DNA of 63,449 nt. Source: Rickettsiales bacterium (lineage in GTDB: Bacteria > Pseudomonadota > Alphaproteobacteria > Rickettsiales > UBA1997). This document shows positions 45,213 through 53,953 of this stretch, piece after piece. Under the pieces are notes generated by a model. The model ran no database searches. It saw nothing but the letters and a program-made list of their open reading frames with translations, and was not told the DNA's origin. The position numbers were made by a program, and so were the translations under genes. Each line of letters begins with the position of its first letter. Position 1 is the stretch's first letter. The stretch lies in assembly GCA_005787525.1 (NCBI GenBank), contig SYAR01000030.1:1-63449 (forward strand), given 5' to 3'.

Positions 45213-46181
45213 TTATAAATAAACTTTCAAAAAATTTTTAAATTGTGGAGAAATTAAATTGATTTTATCAAGTCTGGACTCAACAAAACCTTTAACTCTC
45301 GGTATAAAATTAATATATTGATTTTTTCCATCTCTTAGGCTTAATCGTGCAAAAATTCCAAGAATTTTTATGTTTCTTTGCAAAGAAATAATTTCATAAT
45401 CAACAAAAAAATCTTCACGATTATAATTAGCTTTTGAAATAAAATAATCAAATAATTTTTGCTTATTTTTTTCATCGACATCTCTTCTAGCGTCTTCGAG
45501 CAATGACAATAAATCATAAGCATAAGAGCCAATTAGTGCATCTTGAAAGTCAAGCAGGCCAACGCCTTCAAAGCCATTTTTATCATTCAAAACCATCAAA
45601 TTATCGGCATGATAATCGCGTAAAACTAAAGCCTGATTTTTTTTCGATAATTTATCGAATAATTCGATCCAGTGAAATTTATAATCTTGAATTTGTTGCA
45701 GAGTAATTTTATGATTTCTCCACGGCAAATACCAATCAATAAAAAGCATAACTTCACGGAACAAAGTGGCGTGGTTATAGTGCAAAATATCAATATTTTT
45801 TAACGGAATTTTTTGTATTTCGATCAAGGCATCGCAAGCTTTTTCATATAAAAAATATTCATCGGCAATATTTTTTTTCAAAGCTTTTGAATAAGTTTCA
45901 TCGCCAAAATCTTCAAGTAAAATAAATCCCAAATCGATATTTTTGGCCAAAATTTTTGGAGCATGAAAGCCATTATTAACTAAAATTTCATCGATTTTTA
46001 TAAAGGGTGCAACATCTTCGTGCGAAGGTGGCGCGAACATTAAAATAAAAGTTTTATCTTGATAAAAAATTCGATAATATGAACGAAAAGATGCATCACC
46101 AGCAATTTTTTTTATTTGACAATTCATCAAACCATTTTCTGCTAAAAATTTTTGTGCTGAGACTAAATTTATTTCAATCAT
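45213..46181 (-). CDS. Aminoglycoside-phosphotransferase-fold kinase (APH/AmgK-like sugar kinase family)
   Basis: SFRSYYRI (nucleotide-binding Lys region replaced by R), the catalytic loop LRDYHADNLMVL, and LLDFQDA. Confidence 0.7.
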   Translation of the reverse strand: MIEINLVSAQKFLAENGLMNCQIKKIAGDASFRSYYRIFYQDKTFILMFAPPSHEDVAPFIKIDEILVNNGFHAPKILAKNIDLGFILLEDFGDETYSKALKKNIADEYFLYEKACDALIEIQKIPLKNIDILHYNHATLFREVMLFIDWYLPWRNHKITLQQIQDYKFHWIELFDKLSKKNQALVLRDYHADNLMVLNDKNGFEGVGLLDFQDALIGSYAYDLLSLLEDARRDVDEKNKQKLFDYFISKANYNREDFFVDYEIISLQRNIKILGIFARLSLRDGKNQYINFIPRVKGFVESRLDKINLISPQFKNFLKVYL

Positions 46182-46184
46182 ATA

Positions 46185-46862
46185 TTAAAAATCGAGTTTT
46201 GAATACCACTCTGGCGGTGGGATATTAGCCAATCTATCTCTTAAAACTTCGTTGAAAATTTTATGTGATTTTATCAAGCAATACCAATCTTTAGTTGGTG
46301 CATAATGATGCCAATTAATGTCGCCGAAATAATCGAGTACCGAAATATGTGACGCCGCCGCGAAATCCGCAATCGAAATTTGATCGCCCGCCAAATATTT
46401 ACGACTTTCCAATAAAAACTCAATATAACTTAAATGAATATTCAAATTACGTCTAGCAACCCTTAATGTATCTGAGTCGGGTGCTTTTGAACTTGGCAAA
46501 AATCGATTAAAATAACGCTCATTCAAAACATGTTTCGTAACTTCATTATAAAATTTTTCATCGAACCAATTTTGTAATCTTCTTGATTCGGCACGTTTAA
46601 TATAATTGTCGCCAAAAAAATTTTTTCCGTCACTATGTTTTTCTTCAATAAATTCGCAAATTACTGAACTATCGATAATTAAATTAGCACTTTCATTATC
46701 AAAAATTACAGGAACCGTGCCGGCTGGATTCATGGCTATGAACTCTTTGCGACGTTCCCAAAAATTTTCTTGAACTAATTCGAAGTCAATTTCTTTTGCC
46801 GTAAGATGAACTCTTACCTTGCGAGAAAAAGGACATAATGGATGATAATATAATCGATACAT
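46185..46862 (-). CDS. Glutathione S-transferase family protein (CPFS active-site type)
   Basis: The N-terminal thioredoxin-like fold has HPLCPFSRKVR and TVPVI. A GST_C-like helical C-terminus follows. Confidence 0.7.
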   Translation of the reverse strand: MYRLYYHPLCPFSRKVRVHLTAKEIDFELVQENFWERRKEFIAMNPAGTVPVIFDNESANLIIDSSVICEFIEEKHSDGKNFFGDNYIKRAESRRLQNWFDEKFYNEVTKHVLNERYFNRFLPSSKAPDSDTLRVARRNLNIHLSYIEFLLESRKYLAGDQISIADFAAASHISVLDYFGDINWHHYAPTKDWYCLIKSHKIFNEVLRDRLANIPPPEWYSKLDF

Positions 46863-46933
46863 AAATTTATGAGTTTTAATTTTTTTTTATTTTAACTAAA
46901 ATTTTAAAATCGCAAATAATAAATTAAAAAAAT

Positions 46934-49747
46934 ATGAAAAAAATTGCATTAATTGATGGATATGGTTTTGTTTTTAGAGCATATCATTCTATTCCACCCT
47001 TGGCTCGCGATGACGGAACCCCCGTCGGTGCCGTTTTCGGCTTTACCACGATGTTATTAAAACTTTTGGCATCACTCAATGTCAGCCATATCGCCGTAGT
47101 TTTCGACTCAGGTAGCAAAACTTTTCGTAACGAAATTTTTCCCGACTACAAAGCCAATCGTCCACCCTGCCCTGAAGATTTAATTCCGCAATTTTCAATC
47201 GTGCGTGAATCGGCTGAAGCCTTGAATATAGCTATTCTAGAACAGGTTGGTTTCGAAGCCGACGATATAATTGCCACCATCGCCAAAAAATCCGCCAAAG
47301 AAGGCTTTGAAGTCGTTATTGTTTCTTCCGACAAAGATTTAATGCAATTAATCGATGAAAATATTTCGATGTTCGATGCCATGAAAAATAAGGCGATAAG
47401 TTTTAACGAAGTGCGTGAAAAATTTTCAGTCGAACCTGCGAAAGTTTTGGAAGTTCTATCCTTAATCGGCGACTCTTCCGACAACGTTCCCGGCGTTAGA
47501 GGAATTGGTCCAAAAACCGCTTCCGAATTAATAAATCAGTTCGAAAATATTGAAAATTTATATGAAAATCTTGATAAAATTAAACAAGAAAAAAGACGAG
47601 CGATGCTCGCCGAAAACAAAGAAAATGCTTTTCTTTCAAAAAAATTAATTCGCCTTGATGAAAATGTTAATCTTGGAATTGAAATTGATGATTTAAAAGT
47701 ACGAATGCTCGATCCTAAAAAACTCATTGGATTCCTAGAAAATCAAGGCTTTAAATCGCTTATTTATAAAGTAAAAAAGGAATTTAATATTGTTGATGCT
47801 GTAGAAAATAAAAATTTATTCAGCACTGAAAATAATAATTCTCAAGAATTAAAAAATTCTACTAAAAAAAATAGTTTTTTTTCGAAAAAAATAAATATTG
47901 ATAATAAAAATATAATTGAAGAAATTTATAAAAAATCGCAAAAAAATGGCACTGTAATTATTGATTTTTTAATTAAAAATAATCAATTTAATTTTATAAC
48001 ATTAACGCCAGCTTCAGCCAATGAAAATAATGATGAAACCTATTTTTTTAACTTCGAAAATTCATCACAAAAAATTGATGAGAAAATTGATTTATTAAAT
48101 TTTTCCGAAGTTAAAAATTCTCCAACAAATTTACAAATTTCCATCATCGATTTTAACAAAATTTTATTTGATAATTCCATTAGAAAAATATTTTTTATTG
48201 GCAAAAATTTTCTAAGATTTTATAAAAATTTTTTGCGAGAAAATAATTTGGAAACTATTCATCAAAATATAATTTTTGATGATGTTAATTTGATAAATTA
48301 TTTAATAAATTCGTCAATTCATAATTCTTTTCGAGAGCTTGTAGATATTAATCTAAACCTTGATTTTGAGGAATTAGGTTTTGGCGAAAAACTTGATAAA
48401 ATCGAAGATGAAAATTCACCAAATATTTTTGAAAATGAACAAGAAAAAATTGATTTTTTTTGTTTAAAAAATTTAGCGATTTTACAACTTTATCAAATTT
48501 TTGCACCAAAAATTACTGATTTAAAATTATATAATTCATATTTAAATATTGAACTTCCCCTCATAGAAGTTCTTGCTCAAATCGAATTTAATGGTGTTAA
48601 AATTGATGTCAAAAAATTAGCATTATTGTCGAGCGAATTTGCCCAAAAAATTAACCAACTAACTCAAGAAATTTATCAATCGAGCGGTTGTGAATTTAAC
48701 ATCGCTTCGAGCAAACAATTATCCGAAGTTTTATTTGATAAATTGGGTATCGAATCGACTAAAAAATCTAAAAAAACCAAAGCCTTGTCGACTAACGCTA
48801 AAGTGCTGGAGGACTTAGCCTTGGACGGCTATGAAATTGCTGAGAAAATTATTAATTTTCGTAAATTTTCAAAATTAAAAAACACATATTGCGATGCTCT
48901 TCCGAAACAAATTTCAAAAATTACCAATCGCATTCACACTACCCTATCAAATACCTCAACCTTAACGGGTCGCTTGAGTTCGATCAATCCGAATTTACAA
49001 AATATTCCAATTAAAACTCTCGATGGTAAAAAAATTCGCCAATGTTTTATTGCCAGCGAAAATTGCGTTCTTCTTAGTGCCGACTATTCGCAAATCGAAC
49101 TTAGAATTTTAGCCCATCTGGCGAAAATTCCGAATTTAATTCAAGCTTTTAAGGAAAATAAAGATATTCATCGCATCACCGCGAGTCAAATTTTTGGAAT
49201 TGATGAAAATCTAATCGACGAATCAACTCGTTCAAAAGCCAAAGCTATAAATTTTGGAATAATCTATGGAATCAGTGCTTTCGGACTCGCACGTCAATTA
49301 AAAATTTCTAACAAAGAAGCTAGCGAATATATCAAAGCTTACTTTGAAAAATATCAAGGCATTAAAGAATTTATGAATCAAAGCATTGATTTTGCTCGAA
49401 AAAATGGCTATGTTTCGACGATTTCTTCGCGTAAATGCTTCATCAAAGACATCAATAATAAAAATCCACTAATTCGTCAAGAGGGCGAGCGTCAAGCAAT
49501 TAACGCCCCAATTCAAGGAAGCGCGGCTGATATAATTAAAAAAGCTATGATTCGCGTTCATCAACAATTTTTAAAACAAAAATTAAAATCAAAATTAATT
49601 TTACAAATTCATGATGAGCTTTTAATCGAGGCTACTCTAGACGAAGTTGAAATTGTCAAAAATATTTTATCACAAGAAATGTCGAATGCTTTTAAACTTG
49701 AAGTCGATTTAAAAATTGATTTTTCGGTGAATAATTTTTGGAGTTAA
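46934..49747 (+). CDS. polA: DNA polymerase I (5' nuclease + degenerate 3'-5' exonuclease-like spacer + polymerase domain)
   Basis: 5' nuclease motifs are LIDGYGFVFRAYH and GDSSDNVPGVRGIGPKTA. Polymerase motifs are LLSADYSQIELRILAH, RSKAKAINFGIIYG and QIHDELLIE. Confidence 0.95.
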   Translation: MKKIALIDGYGFVFRAYHSIPPLARDDGTPVGAVFGFTTMLLKLLASLNVSHIAVVFDSGSKTFRNEIFPDYKANRPPCPEDLIPQFSIVRESAEALNIAILEQVGFEADDIIATIAKKSAKEGFEVVIVSSDKDLMQLIDENISMFDAMKNKAISFNEVREKFSVEPAKVLEVLSLIGDSSDNVPGVRGIGPKTASELINQFENIENLYENLDKIKQEKRRAMLAENKENAFLSKKLIRLDENVNLGIEIDDLKVRMLDPKKLIGFLENQGFKSLIYKVKKEFNIVDAVENKNLFSTENNNSQELKNSTKKNSFFSKKINIDNKNIIEEIYKKSQKNGTVIIDFLIKNNQFNFITLTPASANENNDETYFFNFENSSQKIDEKIDLLNFSEVKNSPTNLQISIIDFNKILFDNSIRKIFFIGKNFLRFYKNFLRENNLETIHQNIIFDDVNLINYLINSSIHNSFRELVDINLNLDFEELGFGEKLDKIEDENSPNIFENEQEKIDFFCLKNLAILQLYQIFAPKITDLKLYNSYLNIELPLIEVLAQIEFNGVKIDVKKLALLSSEFAQKINQLTQEIYQSSGCEFNIASSKQLSEVLFDKLGIESTKKSKKTKALSTNAKVLEDLALDGYEIAEKIINFRKFSKLKNTYCDALPKQISKITNRIHTTLSNTSTLTGRLSSINPNLQNIPIKTLDGKKIRQCFIASENCVLLSADYSQIELRILAHLAKIPNLIQAFKENKDIHRITASQIFGIDENLIDESTRSKAKAINFGIIYGISAFGLARQLKISNKEASEYIKAYFEKYQGIKEFMNQSIDFARKNGYVSTISSRKCFIKDINNKNPLIRQEGERQAINAPIQGSAADIIKKAMIRVHQQFLKQKLKSKLILQIHDELLIEATLDEVEIVKNILSQEMSNAFKLEVDLKIDFSVNNFWS

Positions 49748-50811
49748 TTTTTTATTTTAAAAATATCGCCAAGCATTCTCTCCAGAATCTCCGAAGAGAA
49801 TCTATTTTTCAATCTTTGATATGAATTTTTAACTAAATTATTAGTCAATTTCTCATCAGAAATTAATTTTTCAACAGCTTTGGCGATTTGACTGGGAACG
49901 GTTTCGCTTGATTTTAAATCGATCAATAAACCATCAATTTCATGTCGCAAAATTTCTTTTGGACCATCGCAATTAGTTGCAATTATTGGCTTGCCATATT
50001 TCATCGCTTCCAAAATTACTAAGCCAAAAGTTTCAATTTTTGAGGGTAAAATAAAAATATCGATTTGCGAAAAAAAATCTTTTGAATCAGCAATCCATCC
50101 AAGAAATTCAATATTGTTTTCGAGATTTAAATCTTTAACTTTTTTTTGTAAATTTGCCAATTCTTTGCCCGTTCCAGCAATTTTTAAAATAATTTTTTGT
50201 GAAGAATTTTTTTGCAAAATTTTTAAAGCATCAATTGCGGAATCAAAGCCTTTTGCCTTATGAAAACGACCAATTACGCCTAAAATAATTGGTGATTTTT
50301 CTACAAAATTATTTTCAGGAAAATTGGGCTCAAAACCTTCTAAATCAATAGCATTGTTGATTATAAAACTATTTCCGTGAGTTCTTTTTTTATCAATTGT
50401 TTTGAAAAAAATTTCTTTATTTACCGAAAAAATTATATCAGCGCATAAAGATCTTTTTATATTATAACTGTGATTAACCGCCACTAAAATTACTTTTTTA
50501 TTAGTAATTTTTTTAAGTGCTTTTCGGGCTAAAACCATTGATTTTCCAGCATGGGCGATTACAATATCAATTTTATTTTCTTCAATAAAATCTTTAATTT
50601 TTTTACTTGCCAAAAAATCATAATATCCAAATTTATTAACAATTTTTTGAGTTTTAATTTTAAGATTTTCTAATTTAGAAAAATATGGCGCATCATTTTT
50701 TATAATCGCAAAATTTTCATGACCAATATTTTTTAAAATTCCAATATAATCAATAAAAACCTGCTCCGCTCCGCCATTCTGTGATGTTAAAATAATATGT
50801 GCTATTTTCAT
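49744..50811 (-). CDS. Family 4 (GT-B) glycosyltransferase
   Basis: 355 aa with the C-terminal EX7E region SKIETFGLVILEAMKYGKPIIATNCDGPKEIL. Confidence 0.75.
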   Translation of the reverse strand: MKIAHIILTSQNGGAEQVFIDYIGILKNIGHENFAIIKNDAPYFSKLENLKIKTQKIVNKFGYYDFLASKKIKDFIEENKIDIVIAHAGKSMVLARKALKKITNKKVILVAVNHSYNIKRSLCADIIFSVNKEIFFKTIDKKRTHGNSFIINNAIDLEGFEPNFPENNFVEKSPIILGVIGRFHKAKGFDSAIDALKILQKNSSQKIILKIAGTGKELANLQKKVKDLNLENNIEFLGWIADSKDFFSQIDIFILPSKIETFGLVILEAMKYGKPIIATNCDGPKEILRHEIDGLLIDLKSSETVPSQIAKAVEKLISDEKLTNNLVKNSYQRLKNRFSSEILERMLGDIFKIKN

Positions 50812-50866
50812 TTTTCTAAAAAATATTTATAAAAATTCTTTAAACTAAAAAATTTAAAAAATAAAA

Positions 50867-50895
50867 TTGACATGCCAAAGCATAAAAATTAAGAT
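50867..50895 (+). promoter_or_regulatory. Sigma-70-like promoter candidate for sodB
   Basis: TTGACA (50867..50872), a 17-nt spacer, then TAAGAT (50890..50895), located in the divergent spacer between the glycosyltransferase and sodB. Confidence 0.4.
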
Positions 50896-51031
50896 TAAAT
50901 TTATGAAAATGTCAAAAAGAAAATTCATCAAAGCTTTAACACTTTCACCAATCTTAATGCTTGGTGCTTGCAAAATCAAAGCTTTGTCGCACAACACAAC
51001 TTTAACAAAAAATATTTTTGGGAGAAAAAAC

Positions 51032-51628
51032 ATGCCTTTTGAATTACCAACATTGCCTTATGGCAAAAATGCTCTTGCACCGCACATCTCTGAAAACACC
51101 ATAAATTATCATTATGGTAAACATCATCAGGCTTACATTACCAACCTTAATAACTTAATTGCTGGAACGGATTTTGCAAATAAATCGCTTGAAGAAATCA
51201 TCAAAATTTCTGCCAATGATAAAACTAAAGCTGGTATCTTCAATAACTCCGCTCAAGTTTGGAATCACACTTTTTACTGGCATTCAATGAAGCCAAATGG
51301 CGGTGGGAAGCCAACTGGTGAAGTTTTGAAAAAAATTGAAACTGATTTTGGATCTTACGAAAATTTCGTCACTGAATTTAAAAACGCCGGCGCAACTCAA
51401 TTTGGTTCGGGATGGGCTTGGCTTGTTCTTGATGCAGATAAATTAAAAGTTGTAAAAACTGGCAACGCCGAAACTCCTTTAACCACTTCCGCCAAGCCTT
51501 TAATGACTATGGATGTTTGGGAGCACGCTTATTATCTTGATTTTCAAAATGCTCGTCCGAGCTACATCGACACCTTTTTAAATCATTTAATAAATTGGGA
51601 TTTCGTTGCCGAAAATTTAAAAAAATAA
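51032..51628 (+). CDS. sodB: Fe/Mn superoxide dismutase; core enzyme from the SD-preceded ATG at 51032, with an in-frame upstream extension to 50903 (see findings)
   Basis: MPFELPTLPYGKNALAPHISENTINYHYGKHHQAY, FNNSAQVWNHTFYW, GSGWAWLV, and DVWEHAYYLDFQN. GGAG lies 7 nt upstream of 51032. Confidence 0.9.
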   Translation: MPFELPTLPYGKNALAPHISENTINYHYGKHHQAYITNLNNLIAGTDFANKSLEEIIKISANDKTKAGIFNNSAQVWNHTFYWHSMKPNGGGKPTGEVLKKIETDFGSYENFVTEFKNAGATQFGSGWAWLVLDADKLKVVKTGNAETPLTTSAKPLMTMDVWEHAYYLDFQNARPSYIDTFLNHLINWDFVAENLKK

Positions 51629-51634
51629 TTTAAA

Positions 51635-52222
51635 ATGCGCACAGCCTTAATTGAACGCAACACCAAAGAAACAAAAATTAAAGTCGAAATCAATCTCGAT
51701 GGAACCGGAGTTTACTCGGTTTCAACGGGCATTGGTTTTTTTAATCACATGCTTGAACAACTCTCTCATCACAGTTTAATTGACCTCAAAATTGAGGCGA
51801 TTGGTGATTTACATATCGATTTTCACCACACAGTTGAAGATTGCGGAATAGCCATAGGAGAAGCCATTAAAAAAGCCTTGGGCGACAAAATCGGCATCAC
51901 TCGTTTTGGTCATAGTTATGTGCCGATGGATGAAACTCTTAGTCGTTCAGTGCTTGATTTATCTGGTCGTGCTTACCCAATTTTTAATGTTGAATTTAAA
52001 CGTGATAAAATTGGTGAAATGGATTGTGAATTATTTCGTGAATTTTTCTTTGCGATCGCTCAGGCAATTGGCTGTAATTTGCATCTCGAAAATCTTTACG
52101 GAACCAACAACCATCACATTATCGAATCATGTTTCAAAGCTTTTGCTCGATCATTGCGTCAAGCAATTTCAATCGATGAACGCAAGAAAAATGCGGTAAA
52201 TTCAACTAAAGGTATTTTATAA
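51635..52222 (+). CDS. hisB: Imidazoleglycerol-phosphate dehydratase (monofunctional)
   Basis: [64 protein letters not shown]. Confidence 0.95.
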   Translation: MRTALIERNTKETKIKVEINLDGTGVYSVSTGIGFFNHMLEQLSHHSLIDLKIEAIGDLHIDFHHTVEDCGIAIGEAIKKALGDKIGITRFGHSYVPMDETLSRSVLDLSGRAYPIFNVEFKRDKIGEMDCELFREFFFAIAQAIGCNLHLENLYGTNNHHIIESCFKAFARSLRQAISIDERKKNAVNSTKGIL

Positions 52223-53185
52223 ATGTCGCAACTTTTACAAAAAATTGCCAATAATAAAAAGCTTTTTAAGCCAGTTATTTACGGCATCAAAGGCACTTCT
52301 TTAAATGATGAAGAAAAATATTTTTTTTCAAAAAATTCTTGCATTGGTTTCATTTTATTTTCACGCAATATTGTCGATAAAATTCAATTAAAAAATCTAA
52401 CCGATTCACTGCGCGAATTAATGGAAGGCGAAGTTTTAATTTTAATTGATCAAGAAGGCGGAAGGGTTGCTAGGCTTGCCCCACCAGTTTGGAATTCATA
52501 TCCTGCCGGCAAATATTTTGCTGATCTTTATCAACAAAATCCACAAAATGCCAAGCAAAAATTATTCGAAAATTACGCCCAAATCGCTCGCGATTTAGTC
52601 GAAGTTGGAATAAATGTCGATTGTGCCCCCGTCCTTGATGTTCTAAATCAAAAAACTCACAAAGTAATTGGGGATCGCGCCTTCGGAGAAAATCCGAATC
52701 AAGTCGCCGACCTTGGAATTGAAGTTTGCAAAGGACTTTTAAGTTGCGGAGTTTATCCCGTCATCAAACACATTCCGGGACATGGTCGTGGGGCTTGCGA
52801 CAGTCATTTAGAGCTTCCGATCGTTGAAGCTTCTCTGCAAGAGCTTCGTGAAGTTGATTTCGCTCCATTCAAAGCTTTAAATTCTCAAAAATTTGCGATG
52901 ACTGCACATATCTTATACAATGCCATCGATAAAAATAATTGTGCTACAATTTCCAAAAATACCATCGATTTAATTCGTCACGAAATCGGTTTTGAAAATA
53001 TTTTAATGAGCGATGACATCTCGATGAAGGCTCTCACTCAAAACTTTGTGGTTAAAACAAAAGCAATTCTCCAAGCGGGTTGCGACTTAGTTTTGCATTG
53101 CAATGGCGAAATGGCAGAAATGCTTGAAATTAATTCGGCTTTACCAAATTTAAATGAAAATTTTTTAGAAAAATTAATTAAATAA
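52223..53185 (+). CDS. nagZ: Beta-N-acetylhexosaminidase (GH3, NagZ)
   Basis: GFILFSRN, ILIDQEGGRVARL, KHIPGHGRGACDSHLELP, and MSDDISMKAL. Confidence 0.85.
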   Translation: MSQLLQKIANNKKLFKPVIYGIKGTSLNDEEKYFFSKNSCIGFILFSRNIVDKIQLKNLTDSLRELMEGEVLILIDQEGGRVARLAPPVWNSYPAGKYFADLYQQNPQNAKQKLFENYAQIARDLVEVGINVDCAPVLDVLNQKTHKVIGDRAFGENPNQVADLGIEVCKGLLSCGVYPVIKHIPGHGRGACDSHLELPIVEASLQELREVDFAPFKALNSQKFAMTAHILYNAIDKNNCATISKNTIDLIRHEIGFENILMSDDISMKALTQNFVVKTKAILQAGCDLVLHCNGEMAEMLEINSALPNLNENFLEKLIK

Positions 53186-53229
53186 ATTTCTAAAAATATT
53201 TTTAAAAACTTAATAATTTTTTACCAAAA

Positions 53230-53841
53230 ATGACAATTTTTTTTCACAAAAACGACCTTCCAGCCAATATAAATTTCACTAAATCAGTGGCAATTGACAC
53301 CGAAACAATGGGTCTAAATATTCATCGCGATCGCCTTTGCCTCCTACAAATATCAGCTGGCGATGGCAATGCTCACCTCATTCAATTCGAACAAAATAAA
53401 TATGACGCTCCGAATCTTAAAAAAATTTTAAGCGATGAATCTATTGAAAAAATTTTTCATTTTGCACGCTTTGATTTAGCTTCAATTAAACATTATTTAC
53501 ACGTTAATATTAAAAATATTTATTGCACAAAAATTGCTTCACGCTTAATTCGCACTTACACCGATTCGCACGGCTTAAAATCAATTTGCGAAGAATTGCT
53601 TGGCGTTGAAATTTCTAAAAAACAACAAAGTTCTGATTGGGGCAATGTTGAAATTACTGAAAAACAACTCGAATATGCGGCTTCTGACGTCCTTCATCTT
53701 CATGCTTTAAAAGAAAAACTTAATAAAATGTTGATTCGTGAAAATCGTTTTGAAATTTTTCAAGCATGCTTAAATTATTTACCAACAAGAGTTGAGCTTG
53801 ATTTACAAAATTTTGCTAATATCGATATTTTTACTCATTAA
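53230..53841 (+). CDS. Stand-alone DEDDy 3'-5' exonuclease (RNase D / PolA-exo-like domain)
   Basis: Exo I is VAIDTETMGL, Exo II is KIFHFARFDLASI and Exo III is YAASDVLHL. All catalytic carboxylates and the Tyr are present. Confidence 0.75.
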   Translation: MTIFFHKNDLPANINFTKSVAIDTETMGLNIHRDRLCLLQISAGDGNAHLIQFEQNKYDAPNLKKILSDESIEKIFHFARFDLASIKHYLHVNIKNIYCTKIASRLIRTYTDSHGLKSICEELLGVEISKKQQSSDWGNVEITEKQLEYAASDVLHLHALKEKLNKMLIRENRFEIFQACLNYLPTRVELDLQNFANIDIFTH

Positions 53842-53953
53842 TTCTTAAAAATTTTTTTTAAAAATAAAAAACTTTTTGATTGATTTATTCTAAATATTTT
53901 TATAAAAATAGCTAAAATTAATTTTAAATCATTAAATAAATCCACGAAATTAA

